A stretch of DNA of 64,000 nt from a virus (taxonomy: Duplodnaviria; Caudoviricetes), in IMG/VR virus record IMGVR_UViG_3300049192_000016, positions 1 to 64,000 of that record, one strand, 5' to 3'. The translations under genes were made by a program, and so were the position numbers. How positions within the stretch are numbered: the first letter of the stretch is position 1; every line of letters starts with the position of its first letter. The notes under the pieces are model-generated. The model saw only the letters and a program-made list of their open reading frames with translations. It did no database searches and was not told the DNA's origin. Of this stretch, positions 9,398 to 21,184 are shown piece after piece.

Positions 9398-11179
9398 ATG
9401 GAACTGACCTAAGAGTTTAAAATCCAACCCTCGTTTCTCTGCAAGCTTCTTTGCATGGTACAACCAAATATCAAGAATATAACTACCACTGCCTTGAATC
9501 AAAGTAGAAAACCTGTCCTTCTCTTCTCGCAGAGAGTACCAGAATTTGTTGATAGGATTCTGTTGCCACATCCCGAAAGAAGTTTTCTTCACAAGAGTCA
9601 TAGAAGCAATTTTTGCAATAGACCAGTTCATCTTATGATATGCCTCATGAAGCTTCTTAGCAACTCTCTCCGACACTTTAGCAGTACGTGCAATAGTTTT
9701 TACACCAGCCCCGTATTGACATGCGTAGTTAGTGCTTTTACCTGTTGCACGAATCTCATCAAGCTTTGCAAATCGCTTATCATCCTCGGGATTATGGTGT
9801 TCTTGTCCTTTGTACCAAACATACCAATCAGCGTCTTCTTTGGAAATTAATCCTGCAATAGTTGCAATAGTCAAATGAGGGTCGAAACCTTTTGTCATTT
9901 GAGTCTTGACGTATTCCGGGTCCAGTTTCCACTGAAAGTGGTGTTTCAATCGATCCTCAAGACTAGATAAGTCAGAGCCAAGTAGTATTTTGCCCGGACG
10001 TGCCATCAACAATCCACGCAATTCCTTGCCATACTTAACCCGCAATGACGGAAGATTCACGCACTCTTTGTGAGTTAGACGAAGTGTATTTGTAAAGCCA
10101 CTTGCCCTTGCTGTAACTTCTCCATTCACAGCATCACGAAGAAAACCTTTCACTACACCAACACGATGATTCAAAATACCCAAGCCTGCAATATGTTCAA
10201 TACCTGCACACTTAGGAATCAAGTCTTTAACAGACTGGCAAACTTCACCACCTTTCAAATTAATCTGTGGGATTTGCCTAGTTGTGCCATCCTCTTCACG
10301 AACGAACTTGAATGTCTGAGCCTCCCATCCTAAACTGTCTAACCACATTTTTATTTGTGATGAAGATGCAGGGTTGCCATCTTTCCACTCTTTGATAACT
10401 TCAATATCAGCCTTGTGTTCAAAAGGAAGCCCAAGTGATTCAGTAAGTTCTTTCCACTTTTCTCCAGCAGAAGAAAGATCACCATTCTTTTTAAATGGTT
10501 TTGCTGGACGGGATTTAATCACTTTCACAGGAACCTTCGGCATCACCTCTGTCAATGCAACCACTTTATCTTCAATAGCTTTTTCAAGTTCTTTCTGCAA
10601 ATTCTTTGCTGCCTCTACATCAAGCTTCCAACGGTTGCGTTGTTGCATTACAAGCTCGTCCATCTTCCACATCAAGTAGCTAACAAACCTGTCGTATGAA
10701 CCCTCTGCATCTCCGTACAGCACCCTCAACTTGCCCTGCAAATACTTCCACAAACTCAATTGAATCTTGCAGTCTTCCATCACCCGATGATTGTACTCTT
10801 CTTGTGTTTGATTTTCCCAATCTTCAATTTTAGGTTTAGGTACTCCAAAAAACTCCCCCCACTCTGCAAGACCGTGTTTCAGTCTTTGAGGTTCCAAATA
10901 CCAACTGAGTGGTAGTGTGTCAATTATTTTAACCTTACTTACGTCGTATCCAAGAAATGTCAAAGCTTCAATGTCAAACAACTTACCATTGTGCATAATA
11001 AGTGTAGGTCCGGTATCAAAGAAAGCTTGAATCTCCCCTCTTTGACTTCCCTCAAACAAGCTTTCTTTTTTAGTGTCTACAGCAATCAATCCAAGGTTAT
11101 GCAAACGAGGGTTGCTTTGACGAATCATATCATCAATAAGCCCACTCGTTTCAATATCAGCAGCGTAAATATTATTCAT
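9398..11179 (-). CDS. DNA polymerase (family A, T7 gp5-like) with 3'-5' exonuclease domain, exon 1 (594 aa; spliced 644 aa)
   Basis: YAADIETS exo I, HNGKLFD, GSDLSSLEDR motif A, KSTNYACQYG motif B, TLIQGSGS. Confidence 0.96.
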
Positions 11180-11187
11180 AAATTACC

Positions 11188-11757
11188 TTAAACGTCACAC
11201 ACAACATGCCCCCAATTCTTTCCTGTGATTGCAGATTTAGTTGTATCATATCTGAACCCAAAATGATCAGCTATTTTTTGTACACCAATTCCTTCTGAGA
11301 ACATTTTCCTCATCTTACACACAATTTCGCTATTTAAAACCCTCCGTGGGTGTTTATCCCCTAGGTTAGTTTTAGTACCACTCTCATAACTATGTTTTAC
11401 GTTATGTTGTTGCGTACACCACTCCAAATTATCTACCCTGTTGTTTGTTTTGTCACAATCTTTGTGATTAACAACTGGTAAGTTGTCTGGGTTTTCTAAA
11501 AAGGTAATTGCCACAAGACGATGAATCACAAAATTGGCACTTTCACCATCTCTAGATAAATAAACAGACAGATAACCATTTCCGTTTACCGTTGGTTTCA
11601 TCAGGCGGGGTTGAGTTATAAAAGAAAATTCTCCATTTACGTTTCTCCCCTTCTTTAAATATGATTTAGATCGAAGATTCCCAAAATTTGAAATTTCATA
11701 TCTATCTTCATAGCCAACAACATCACGCCAATCTTCTACTAAATCTACTGTGTTCAT
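11188..11757 (-). CDS. NUMOD4-HNH homing endonuclease
   Basis: EDWRDVVGYEDRYEISNFGNLRS; IHRLVAITF...VVNHKDCDKTNNRVDNLEWCT. Confidence 0.93.
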   Translation of the reverse strand: MNTVDLVEDWRDVVGYEDRYEISNFGNLRSKSYLKKGRNVNGEFSFITQPRLMKPTVNGNGYLSVYLSRDGESANFVIHRLVAITFLENPDNLPVVNHKDCDKTNNRVDNLEWCTQQHNVKHSYESGTKTNLGDKHPRRVLNSEIVCKMRKMFSEGIGVQKIADHFGFRYDTTKSAITGKNWGHVVCDV

Positions 11758-11787
11758 AATAAACCTTTTAAAGTTAATCTAGTAGTC

Positions 11788-11816
11788 ATTATACAGTAAA
11801 TCTAGTATATTGTCAA
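11788..11816 (-). promoter_or_regulatory. Consensus sigma70 promoter
   Basis: TTGACA-N17-TATAAT with TG extension. Confidence 0.85.
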
Positions 11817-11819
11817 ATC

Positions 11820-13568
11820 TTAAAGTTGCGGATTAGCCATTAACCAATCCTCTTTATCCCACATTGTATGCGAAGTGTTGTCGTAATAGTATTCACCACT
11901 CATACCTGTCCGACCTGTCCAACGGCATTTACTCATCTTCATATAAGTGGTGTTCCTTTCAATTTCGTCTTCAGCTTCTTTATTACGAGTGAAGATTAGG
12001 TTGCAAGCACCAGACTTCAGAATTGCCGAAGACCCATGGATATCCTCTTCATGCATGTTGGCACCAGTAGAATTAGCCTTTTGTCCACTCCCGCTCTTAC
12101 GTACATGATTCACGCAGATAAAAGTGACATTGTGACTCTTCACCATCCCTTTCATCCAACGCATGAACACAGCTTGATCTTCGTTACTCAACCCATCAAG
12201 GATGTCCTGCAATGGATCAAGCTCAATCACCTTGCAACCACAGGCAATGATGAGATTCATGATAAGCTCTTTCAAACTCTCTAAACCGCCATCACGTTCC
12301 TCTACAAGATGCCAACGTGGAGTACCGTCTTCATTGTACCACAATTGTTTTGCTTTTTCTTGAACTTCTTCACTCTGCAAGAAAGCAACTTTCTCATCTA
12401 CATCCTCAATCAAATCAATCTTACAACCAATGTGGCGAGAAAGAATTTTCGTACCATACTGGCCGCTGTCACTCTCTAAAGTGACAACTCCAATACGGTG
12501 AGGGCTATGGAACACCCAATAGTATGTACATTCGTCAACAATTGTACTCTTACCAGTGCCAGAAGCCGAAGCAAGATTTACAATAACTCCGAGAGGAATG
12601 CCGCCTGCCATTTGCTTTTGAACTTTGTGCATAAATGGTGGCAAAGGAATCTTTGGTGTTTTGGCCTGTTCAATGATTTTATCCATCAAACTGTCGCTAC
12701 CGATAATCCCATCAGGACTATAAGCAGGTGCATCATAAAACAACTTTATAAATTGCTTTTCCTTACCCTTCTCCAGATATTCATTAGCATCTTTCAAAGC
12801 AAGCTTCATAACAAACATCTTGCCTTTTGGAAGAACATCTACAAGCTTCTTTACAGCTTCCTTACCAGCTTCATCGTTGTCATAGCATACAACAATCTTG
12901 TCGAAATTGTTTAGCCACTCATAATGTTTTTGAATTTGTTTGTAGCTTCCACTTTCTCCAATACCACTTGAAACAACTGGAATAGGGTCGTAGTCACTAC
13001 CTTTACTCTTGCGGTAATTCTCAAGCATCATGTGAGCACTCAAACAGTCAACTTCACCGGCAGTAATTAGGACATACTTCCCTTGAGCGCTCTTCCACCG
13101 CCATTGCCCAAACAAGTCTGAGTCTTTCCCGATCTTACCCACGCTGTAGAACTCTTTTGGCAGCTTACGAACCTTATAACCCGCTGCCTTAAAATTTTCA
13201 GTGTAAGGGTAGAAAACTTCTTCTACTTCGTTTGTTTCTTCAGAATATTTAAAACGGCAAGCATATGCTTTGTAGATTTCATCAGAAATACTACGGCACC
13301 CTTTACCATTCACACCAGTATAAGATTTTAACTGCTCTACTTCCGCTTCTGTAATCAACTCTTTCGTCATAATCTCACAATCATTGTATTCGTAATCATC
13401 AAGTCCTCTGGCAGCAATATGCTCGTCTGAAGGTAAGGTGTATCCGCAGCTAAAACAAAAACCACCTCTTCCTTCTCCGTAGTAACTAAAATTATCACCG
13501 GCTCTGTCTCCCCCTGAAGATCGGCATTTAGGACAAGGATTCTTGCCAATGATGTAATCAGACATCAA
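11820..13568 (-). CDS. Primase-helicase (T7 gp4-like)
   Basis: N-terminal CPKC...CFSC zinc finger, TOPRIM ITAGEVD and YDNDEAG, Walker A SGTGKST, LDPLQ, HVRK. Confidence 0.96.
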   Translation of the reverse strand: MMSDYIIGKNPCPKCRSSGGDRAGDNFSYYGEGRGGFCFSCGYTLPSDEHIAARGLDDYEYNDCEIMTKELITEAEVEQLKSYTGVNGKGCRSISDEIYKAYACRFKYSEETNEVEEVFYPYTENFKAAGYKVRKLPKEFYSVGKIGKDSDLFGQWRWKSAQGKYVLITAGEVDCLSAHMMLENYRKSKGSDYDPIPVVSSGIGESGSYKQIQKHYEWLNNFDKIVVCYDNDEAGKEAVKKLVDVLPKGKMFVMKLALKDANEYLEKGKEKQFIKLFYDAPAYSPDGIIGSDSLMDKIIEQAKTPKIPLPPFMHKVQKQMAGGIPLGVIVNLASASGTGKSTIVDECTYYWVFHSPHRIGVVTLESDSGQYGTKILSRHIGCKIDLIEDVDEKVAFLQSEEVQEKAKQLWYNEDGTPRWHLVEERDGGLESLKELIMNLIIACGCKVIELDPLQDILDGLSNEDQAVFMRWMKGMVKSHNVTFICVNHVRKSGSGQKANSTGANMHEEDIHGSSAILKSGACNLIFTRNKEAEDEIERNTTYMKMSKCRWTGRTGMSGEYYYDNTSHTMWDKEDWLMANPQL

Positions 13569-14223
13569 TAAACCCCTCTGATCTGCTATATCCTAAATAA
13601 TCTAACTCTAACTTTTCTATGTAGTTGCAAGCTTCCTGATAGTCATCGAACCGTTTACCTGCCACTTGTTTTCCTTTTACTATCATTGACGTCTTCCACC
13701 GACCAACTTCTGATTCCCAATAAACGCCAATACGGCCAGACGTATTCTTTAAACTTCTACGATTAGAGCATTGAGAGGATACATCACTCCAGACACAATT
13801 CTCTTTACTGTACCCTTCTGAATTGTCAACCCTTTCAAGCCAAGAACCTTCCGGCCTATCGCCCATATCTCGGTAAAAATTCTCAAACTCTAACCAGTCA
13901 TTAGATACGGATATACCTCTTTCACTGTAGTATTTACTGTGTTTGTGTTTTGGGTTAGTTGCTCTGTTTACCATTTCATGCCACACAGCGTATACAGGCG
14001 TTTTCGACATGCCATGTGTGGTGTTGGAGTTCACCCTATTTTCTTGAGCAAAGCACCCACAACTCTTAGTTGCCCCTTGTTGAAGCGCACTTCTAGCCAC
14101 CGAATTTGTATTACCACATTCACATACACAGTTCCAATAGTACATACCGTGCTTGTCTTTGTGCGAAACTCCTAATACAGTCAACCTTCCATATTTATTA
14201 CCAGTCAAATCTTTAAATTTCAA
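13558..14223 (-). CDS. HNH endonuclease with AP2-like C-terminus
   Basis: DLTGNKYGRLTV, WNCVCECG, FENFYRDMGDRPEGSWLERVDNSEGYSKENCVW. Confidence 0.9.
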   Translation of the reverse strand: MKFKDLTGNKYGRLTVLGVSHKDKHGMYYWNCVCECGNTNSVARSALQQGATKSCGCFAQENRVNSNTTHGMSKTPVYAVWHEMVNRATNPKHKHSKYYSERGISVSNDWLEFENFYRDMGDRPEGSWLERVDNSEGYSKENCVWSDVSSQCSNRRSLKNTSGRIGVYWESEVGRWKTSMIVKGKQVAGKRFDDYQEACNYIEKLELDYLGYSRSEGFIDV

Positions 14224-14250
14224 GGTGTACTCCTACAATTGTAAATTTAC

Positions 14251-14279
14251 AGTTTAACACCTATACACCTTTTTGTCAA
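14251..14279 (-). promoter_or_regulatory. Sigma70-type promoter for HNH gene
   Basis: TTGACA-N17-TAAACT. Confidence 0.75.
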
Positions 14280-14336
14280 CCTTTCTTCCTACATTGTGGA
14301 CAAGGTTCCGTAGTTCTCAATCACCCCTCCCAATAA

Positions 14337-14552
14337 TCACTCATCATATTCCCTCACAACAGCCCAATGTGTAGTAATGAAATCATACAAAGCATCTTCA
14401 TCACTATCATACCAGTGGCCATGTTTATATGAAGCATACCCACGTTGATACTTTATTGCATCCTCAACTTTCATGCGACTAATACAATTTACATGCTCAA
14501 AAGACAATCCACCATACTGTCAAGGTTCTACCCATTCAACGTATTTTGTCAT
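14337..14552 (-). pseudogene. Small gene interrupted by in-frame TGA at codon 11
   Basis: Start coupled to upstream stop (TGATG); MTKYVEWVEP*QYGGLSFEHV...DFITTHWAVVREYDE. Confidence 0.55.
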
Positions 14553-16510
14553 CAACCACCCCAAGGAATATGATCAGCAATTAATTCAACTTCTGTTGCG
14601 GTGTTAGGATTTTCAAAATTGTGCAAGACAATTCTTGGTACATAGGCGTTCCCTTGTGAGCATATCCAGTCAGCAGCAGAATTTACAACTTCTACTTTGC
14701 AACCTGCATCACGAAGGGCCTTCTCAATAATCTTCATTTCAAAGTTAATCCCACCACCTAACCCTGCAACAGTTATTTTAGTTTTCATTCAATCTCCTAA
14801 TAGAGAATATACGCACCATACAAATCATACACGCCCATATCTTTGTGCTTGATATGCGAACGAATCCTTACTCTACATAAGTCATGAAGCTCTCTGTCAG
14901 GATACATCATATCAAGCATGATGTGTGAACATTGAGCACCGTATAGATAATTCTTAACAAAGTCCTCATTCATAAACTGAATTCTAGACTCATTGTTGAA
15001 CACTAACCTATTACTTTGATTGTAGAAAATCCAATCACCACGCATTTCTGGTGACAAACTATGTATTACATCTTTGGGAAGACGAGTAATGTACAAAATC
15101 CTTGCTTCAGGATTTTCTCGTGCAAGTTTAAAAGCTCGTTCAATAAGATTCATTCAATTTCCTCGTAACTCCATTCACAGCCGCAACACGTCCCGAGCAA
15201 ACTGAGAATATCATTCACATCAGGAGGTTCTTCACGTTCGTCTGTCTCATCCTCCCAACAAAATCCCTTCAAACAATCATCACAAATGTGTAAAAGCAAG
15301 TGGACACGAGCATCATATTCACTCTCGAACACTCGTGGCTTGTTGGAATGGACGAGGGATACGGGGAGATAGGTTAGAATGTATTTCACGTAGGATCATC
15401 CTCATATGCATAAGACATTGTAACAGGAACGTTCAGTGCAGCAACCAAATCTAAAATTTCTTGTGCAATTTCCTTAGATGAGAAATCTTTCTCAATTGAC
15501 GCAACAAGCCACATTCGGTGTCTATTGTCTTCAATATACCCACAAACCTTCTCATCGTCGTATGTAATACTAACTTTAGAAATCATTCAAGCCTCCTGAT
15601 ACAATTCGCCAAGTTTGTAAACAAGTGCATCATACCTTTTCTGCAATTGATCATAATCATACTTAGCATCCAACAATTTATCTTCGTAATCATCGAACAA
15701 GACATAGTCTCCTTTAGAATTTTCCACCATCTTGTTTTGATTTTCCCCGTAGTCGTACGTCAATTGGACATAGACAGGTTCTAAAGAATATCGCTTCACC
15801 AAATCAAGCCTCCTTAGTATTCACAACAAGCACAAGACAACCAACAGAATTCTTTTTCTCCGCTGGAACACTCTCCCTCATCTTCTTTGCAGCTTCTTGA
15901 CATTCACTCTCTGTATCGTAGTATTGTACATGAGCGAAGACAGAAAGGGGAGTGGTTTGTAGGAGAACGGCTAAAATGTAAACTAACATGATTTATTTTC
16001 CCTCATCTAGTGCATCAAAATAACCCTTCATCCAAAATGCACGAGGTTCTGTGTCTTCTGAATAAGGACAGTCTTTCAAATCAAATCCATCATCCCATGC
16101 TATCATTCCTTCGTCATACCACTCTGCTTCAATACCTATAAGAAGTGTGTAAGGTTCGTCATTATTCATTTCACATCCACCACTTCATAATTAGTGTTTG
16201 ACACCAGAGGATTACGAATAAAACTCTGGCAGTATTTCACTGTAACAGGTTTACCATCAAACATCAACGTTTCAATCTTCTTAGCCACTTCAGGCTTCAG
16301 AACAGAGAATTTCCAAATGTTTGTAATGCCACTATTTTGTTTCGTGCGAATGCCATCTTGTACCATTTCACCTTCCCAAGATTTGTTCACAAGCCCTTTG
16401 CTAGAGAATTTCTGCACAATACCAGAGCGAATACCTTCGGAATAGCATTCAGCTTGTGCGGCGAATGCGGAGATAGACAACAGAATAGAAATTAGTAGTT
16501 TGTTCATCAC
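14552..16510 (-). CDS. Run of small hypothetical genes, including a signal-peptide protein (16166-16510)
   Basis: ORFs 14552-14788, 14797-15153, 15150-15389, 15386-15586, 15587-15802, 15804-15989, 16166-16510. Confidence 0.65.
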
Positions 16511-16516
16511 GACCTT

Positions 16517-17185
16517 TCAGGGAGTAACCTTAAATACTTGGTTGATTTGTTCAGCAATCAATTTAGCAACTAGTACATGCTCATCTTGAGTTACGCCTTC
16601 ATCAATCCTTACTTCCAGATAATGAATCCAACTTCGGATTGTACCGTTAAAATACGCACGAGACATTGTATTTCCTTCAGGAAGGATAACACGACAGCAC
16701 TCTTTAGCAATACCTGCCTCAATTCCCCAGCGATAGTGTTCTTCCACCAGAGTAAGAATTTCCTGTTGACGGCGATTCCAGTCATTGTAGATAAAACTTT
16801 CCTCTTCATCTTCTAGATTGAAACGAATGCTATTCTGACGATTCTTACTATCTTGTTTGCGGGCTTCCCGAAGTACAAAACAATCCCCAAGCGCAGTTAC
16901 ATCCGCATAACGTTGCGAGAACTCTTGTGGTCGAAGACTCCAGTGGCGCAGCAATTGGCGCATGATGTCACGAGGACACTCAACTTCTACCACAGCATTT
17001 GCCATGTCCAAAGGGGACCAATGTTTGTGTTTGCGAAGATACGTCAACAACTTCTCTGCTGTATCCATATTCATCTGATTAGATGGATTAGATACACGAG
17101 CACAATACGCAATCAATTCTTGTGCAGAATCAATACCTTCTACAACACCTTTAGTTACAGCAATTAGCTTAGCTTTAAACGTCAT
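16517..17185 (-). CDS. thyX: Flavin-dependent thymidylate synthase
   Basis: HWSPLDMA, RQLLRHWS...QEFSQRY, RVILPEG, RSWIHYLEVR. Confidence 0.96.
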   Translation of the reverse strand: MTFKAKLIAVTKGVVEGIDSAQELIAYCARVSNPSNQMNMDTAEKLLTYLRKHKHWSPLDMANAVVEVECPRDIMRQLLRHWSLRPQEFSQRYADVTALGDCFVLREARKQDSKNRQNSIRFNLEDEEESFIYNDWNRRQQEILTLVEEHYRWGIEAGIAKECCRVILPEGNTMSRAYFNGTIRSWIHYLEVRIDEGVTQDEHVLVAKLIAEQINQVFKVTP

Positions 17186-19437
17186 TCTTCCTCCTCAAAA
17201 CATTTCCAATACTCATCAACATCAACCCACAAATCATTTTCATGTGCACACCAACCATCAAACAGAAGAAACAATTTCCAGCGTTCCCCATTTATAATCT
17301 GTTCTGGATCATTAACATCTTCTGTCTCAGGATCAAAACAAGCTGCACACCCATTGATCCTACCATCTTCGTCAACATTTTCCCAAACATAATCTGCTTG
17401 AATCTCTCTTGGCTCAAACCCTTGATATCCGAAAGAATATGTTGTTTTAAGCCAAATGATGGATTGCTGATGTTCCGGCTTCTTTTCACTCACTTTGTGA
17501 AATGTGATTGTAACAGGCATCATGGCCCCAGCACATGTTTAACATAATATTCCATAGCTTCTGTAGCCTCTTGTTGGGATGAGTACAAATCAGTAAACAT
17601 TTCTGCTTCATCATTCCAAGTGTACAATCCTCTTTCTTCACAAAACCAAACGTGAGGCGTAGACGTTTTTGTCCAATTACCTTTGAACATTCTGTCGTAT
17701 TCGGAAACATAATTTGGATCATGTTGAATACGAAATTCATGGCAACTCACAGCAACACCCCCATAATTTGTAGAATCACAATCGACCCCGTAATAGCCGC
17801 AGCAACACTCCAAGCAACAGCTTTCAGAATAGTATTCTCCGCAGCACCAATTCGCAACATTGAAACGATAAATGCAATTGTCAATGCAGCTATAAATAAA
17901 GAGATGACTTCGTGCATTTTATTCTCCTAGTTTCTTGTCAAGCCAGTTAAAAATATCTCCTCCAACATCCTTGCCACTGTTGAAGTAACGTTGAATAGAA
18001 TCAAACATAACACCAGCAATAAAAACAGGAAGGAATATGATTATGAAAATAATTCCTACAATGAGACGTTTCTTACTCATTTTCCTCATCTCCTTCCAGT
18101 TCCTCAACATCCCAATAATGTGTATCTTCTGTAGCGTAGTGTAATTCTAGATAATCTACCAAATGTTCTCCGAAGTCATGTGCGTCTTCGTAGCTGTCAA
18201 CATCAACGATGGTTGTAATTGAAATTGCATATTTAGTCATCACAATCTTCCTCCACAGTTACACTACCATACTCAAGAATTCCATCAGTGCAGGAACCAT
18301 TCTCTACAACAATTCGTTCAGCATCTTCTTCACTCTCTGCTTCAACATAATATGTGATGGTTACGTAGTAATTAGGCATTATCTAATCCCAATTCTGTCA
18401 AATCAACAGGAAAAGATTCCTCATGGCTCCATGGGGCGAAAATAAACCCATCATCTACGAGAATATCTTCTTTACTACGTTCAATGTCACGTTTTAGAAG
18501 TTCAAGATATTCGAGAATGTCTTCTACAGAATCTCCACAAATATTCACAGGGTTTTCTGTACAAGCACAAATTTCTCCCTTGGAATTGTAATAGGTTTCT
18601 TTTGCTTCCAAATAGGTTTCACCAGTTTTAGTTTTAAGCTGCCACAAACGAATGTTCCAACTCATTGTTCACTCTCCCAATCAGCTTCATATTCAAACCA
18701 CATATCATCAATATTAGGGATCAAATCGAAAGCATGTTCCAAGAATTCATCCCGCAATTTGAGATAGTCATACTCTGATTTAGTGATTGTTACCAAACCG
18801 TTGTCGTCCATATTAATTCCCCAAGAAACTGAACGTCTGTCGAATAATCTCAAAAGTCAATTCATGACAAATCAGCCATTTTACAATAGCCAAAGGAGCA
18901 AAGAAGAAATCAACAATGCTCCAGAAGATGCTGTGATGAATCGTGTAGCCAACCATTGCTACACAAACACTAAAAATAAACCAGAATACTTCTTTCATTC
19001 GTCATCATCCTTTTTAAAAATATTCAAATGTGTTACCAAATTGTCACCAAACCAAGAGGGAGTTTTATAGTAATCCACCGATGCAAAAGACATTCCACAA
19101 TCCTGATGATCCAGATGATTTCCAAAATCTTGTTCTCCTGAATTACCATACCATGACACAAACTCTTCAGCTTGTTCTTTTGTTTCAAATCCAGATAGTA
19201 CAACATTGTATGTCATTTCTCCAGCCCCTCCAGTCGAAAATAAACTTCCGTCAACTCAACAATTTCATAACGTGCTTGATCATCAAATTTCTTCTTGATC
19301 CACCTGCTACCATCAAAATACACAGTGGCTTCTGCATAAGACAGTTTAGCACCACCTGTAGACTTCCAGCAAGAGCGACCATTAAATTCTACGAAAGAGT
19401 TTGTCTCTTTGTCTATGATTCCGTAAATTTTAGTCAT
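17182..19437 (-). CDS. Run of small hypothetical genes
   Basis: Tandem minus-strand ORFs 17182-17523, 17520-17813, 17919-18110, 18372-18665, 18662-18853, 18813-18998, 18995-19216, 19213-19437. Confidence 0.65.
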
Positions 19438-19446
19438 GCTACTTCC

Positions 19447-20034
19447 TTATTTCCAAACACTGACTTCAACAGTTTCATGTATGTGCCTTTCTGTGTAACC
19501 AGCACCTTGTGCATTAAGTTCTTCGATCATTTTTAACCTGTATTCTTTAGCAAGTCTCATAGCTTCCTCATAGCCAAAGTCATCTATAGAAAACCTTTTT
19601 GATTTTTGTTTCTTATTTTCTGTCCAAGATGCGGTTGCATACAATCTGTCACCTCCGTTATCCGTAATTGATACACCTGTTAAACCATGTTTATTTGGTT
19701 TTGTAGCATTTCTTTTGTTCTTGGTCATGGGAACACATCTAAGATTTTCAATCCTGTTGTTAGAGCTATCTCCGTCTATATGATCAATCTCAAACCCATG
19801 AGGTATAGGAAAATTAAACATTTCCCATATAATTCGGTGCACCATGACTCTTTTGTTTCTGTCAAAATATTTAACATTTACTCTGTAGTATTTCTGTCTA
19901 ATACCTCTTGAAAATGTACCTGCCTGTTTACCGTCTTGCTTTGAACGTTTGTACTTATAAACTCTATTAGGATTCCAAATTAAACAACTAGGAGATGTTT
20001 CATCATAAATAAACAACGCTTTCCAATCCATCAC
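19447..20034 (-). CDS. HNH endonuclease
   Basis: VHRIIWEMF...EIDHIDGDSSNNRIENLRCV; C-terminal AP2-like KSKRFSIDDFG. Confidence 0.92.
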   Translation of the reverse strand: MMDWKALFIYDETSPSCLIWNPNRVYKYKRSKQDGKQAGTFSRGIRQKYYRVNVKYFDRNKRVMVHRIIWEMFNFPIPHGFEIDHIDGDSSNNRIENLRCVPMTKNKRNATKPNKHGLTGVSITDNGGDRLYATASWTENKKQKSKRFSIDDFGYEEAMRLAKEYRLKMIEELNAQGAGYTERHIHETVEVSVWK

Positions 20035-20216
20035 AGACCCTCCAACTGCTGTTGCAACTTCTTCTGTTTTGCAAGTATCCTTGCTCTCAGAATCTTTTCA
20101 ACAACTTCCAAATCCTCTTTCTTCCGGTAATACGAAAGTTGTTGTGTGATCGCTGCAACAGTGCTGGAGAGAACGTGCTCCACAAGTTCTTCTATGGTAC
20201 AGTCTTGATAATTCAT
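20031..20216 (-). CDS. Small helical protein (61 aa, start MNYQDC), weak paralogue of 39206-39403 and 42746-42946
   Basis: True start lies downstream of the promoter at 20242-20270. Confidence 0.6.
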   Translation of the reverse strand: MNYQDCTIEELVEHVLSSTVAAITQQLSYYRKKEDLEVVEKILRARILAKQKKLQQQLEGL

Positions 20217-20241
20217 GTTATATCTTTCTTGATAAAATTCA

Positions 20242-20270
20242 AGTATAACATGAATGTTGATTCTTGTCAA
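20242..20270 (-). promoter_or_regulatory. Sigma70-type promoter
   Basis: TTGACA-N17-TATACT. Confidence 0.8.
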
Positions 20271-21184
20271 GTATTGTAAGCTACTTCACCTTTATTAACT
20301 TTGTCAAGGAATTTGTCATACCAATCTTCTTCATACAAATTGAATACATTGGTGTAATTGTTCCACGCATACTCTCGCCACCAGCCTGAAGCTATTGATG
20401 AACAAACCTTTATCATAGCCATTTCAAAAGCTTCTCGGGGTGTCTTCTTACCGGGAAACACAGATAAACTTCTCTCAATGGCCAAGGTCATTGCCTCTTC
20501 AAGTACAGAAAGTAGTTTAACTTGTTCATCACACTTATCAAACAATTCTTTGGAGCAAAACACTTCAGAAGTATCTTCTTTGAAGAACTCATAAGCCGGT
20601 TTATGCAGTCGCTTTACAGCTTGATGCACTTGGTCGTGCACAAAAATCTGTTTTACACCTGTACGGTCATTGTCAAAGAAATCCATTTTAGAAGTTTTTA
20701 ATGAAGGGTGAGAGTATGTATAAGTATCCTTCTCCCGCTCTTTCAGAAACGATTGATGCTCATCACGAATTTTAGCTCCAGCTTTTCTCAGTGAATGAAT
20801 ATCTTCCATAGTTTTCAAGAAATGTGGAGAGTCTTTTAGATACTTGTGCGACTCTTTGAGCAAATACAAAACATCAAGCGACGGAACAATCAAGCCATCC
20901 TCTGTCACAACATTGTCAGTCTGGCTCTCAACAAACTTGATGAGTTTTTCTGCACGAGAGCCTTCCCAAACAATTTCACACTCAGTGATTGTTCCGTCTT
21001 TTTGTTTCATGTAGAAACTCTTTCCTGATGAGATAGGAAAGCAAGCAACAACATCCTGTTTAGACTTCCTATAAGCTTCCCATTCTTCGTACGTTCCTAC
21101 AAGATCAACGTCATTAGCTTTACGCCAAGGGATGTGATGTTGAATAGCCAAGCTGCCAATGAGCAACATTTTAAGTCCTTTCAA
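20267..21184 (-). CDS. Putative nucleotidyltransferase (pol-beta superfamily N-terminal motif plus helical C-terminal domain)
   Basis: LLIGSLAI...RKANDVDLVG = hG[GS]...DhD motif. Confidence 0.65.
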   Translation of the reverse strand: MKGLKMLLIGSLAIQHHIPWRKANDVDLVGTYEEWEAYRKSKQDVVACFPISSGKSFYMKQKDGTITECEIVWEGSRAEKLIKFVESQTDNVVTEDGLIVPSLDVLYLLKESHKYLKDSPHFLKTMEDIHSLRKAGAKIRDEHQSFLKEREKDTYTYSHPSLKTSKMDFFDNDRTGVKQIFVHDQVHQAVKRLHKPAYEFFKEDTSEVFCSKELFDKCDEQVKLLSVLEEAMTLAIERSLSVFPGKKTPREAFEMAMIKVCSSIASGWWREYAWNNYTNVFNLYEEDWYDKFLDKVNKGEVAYNT

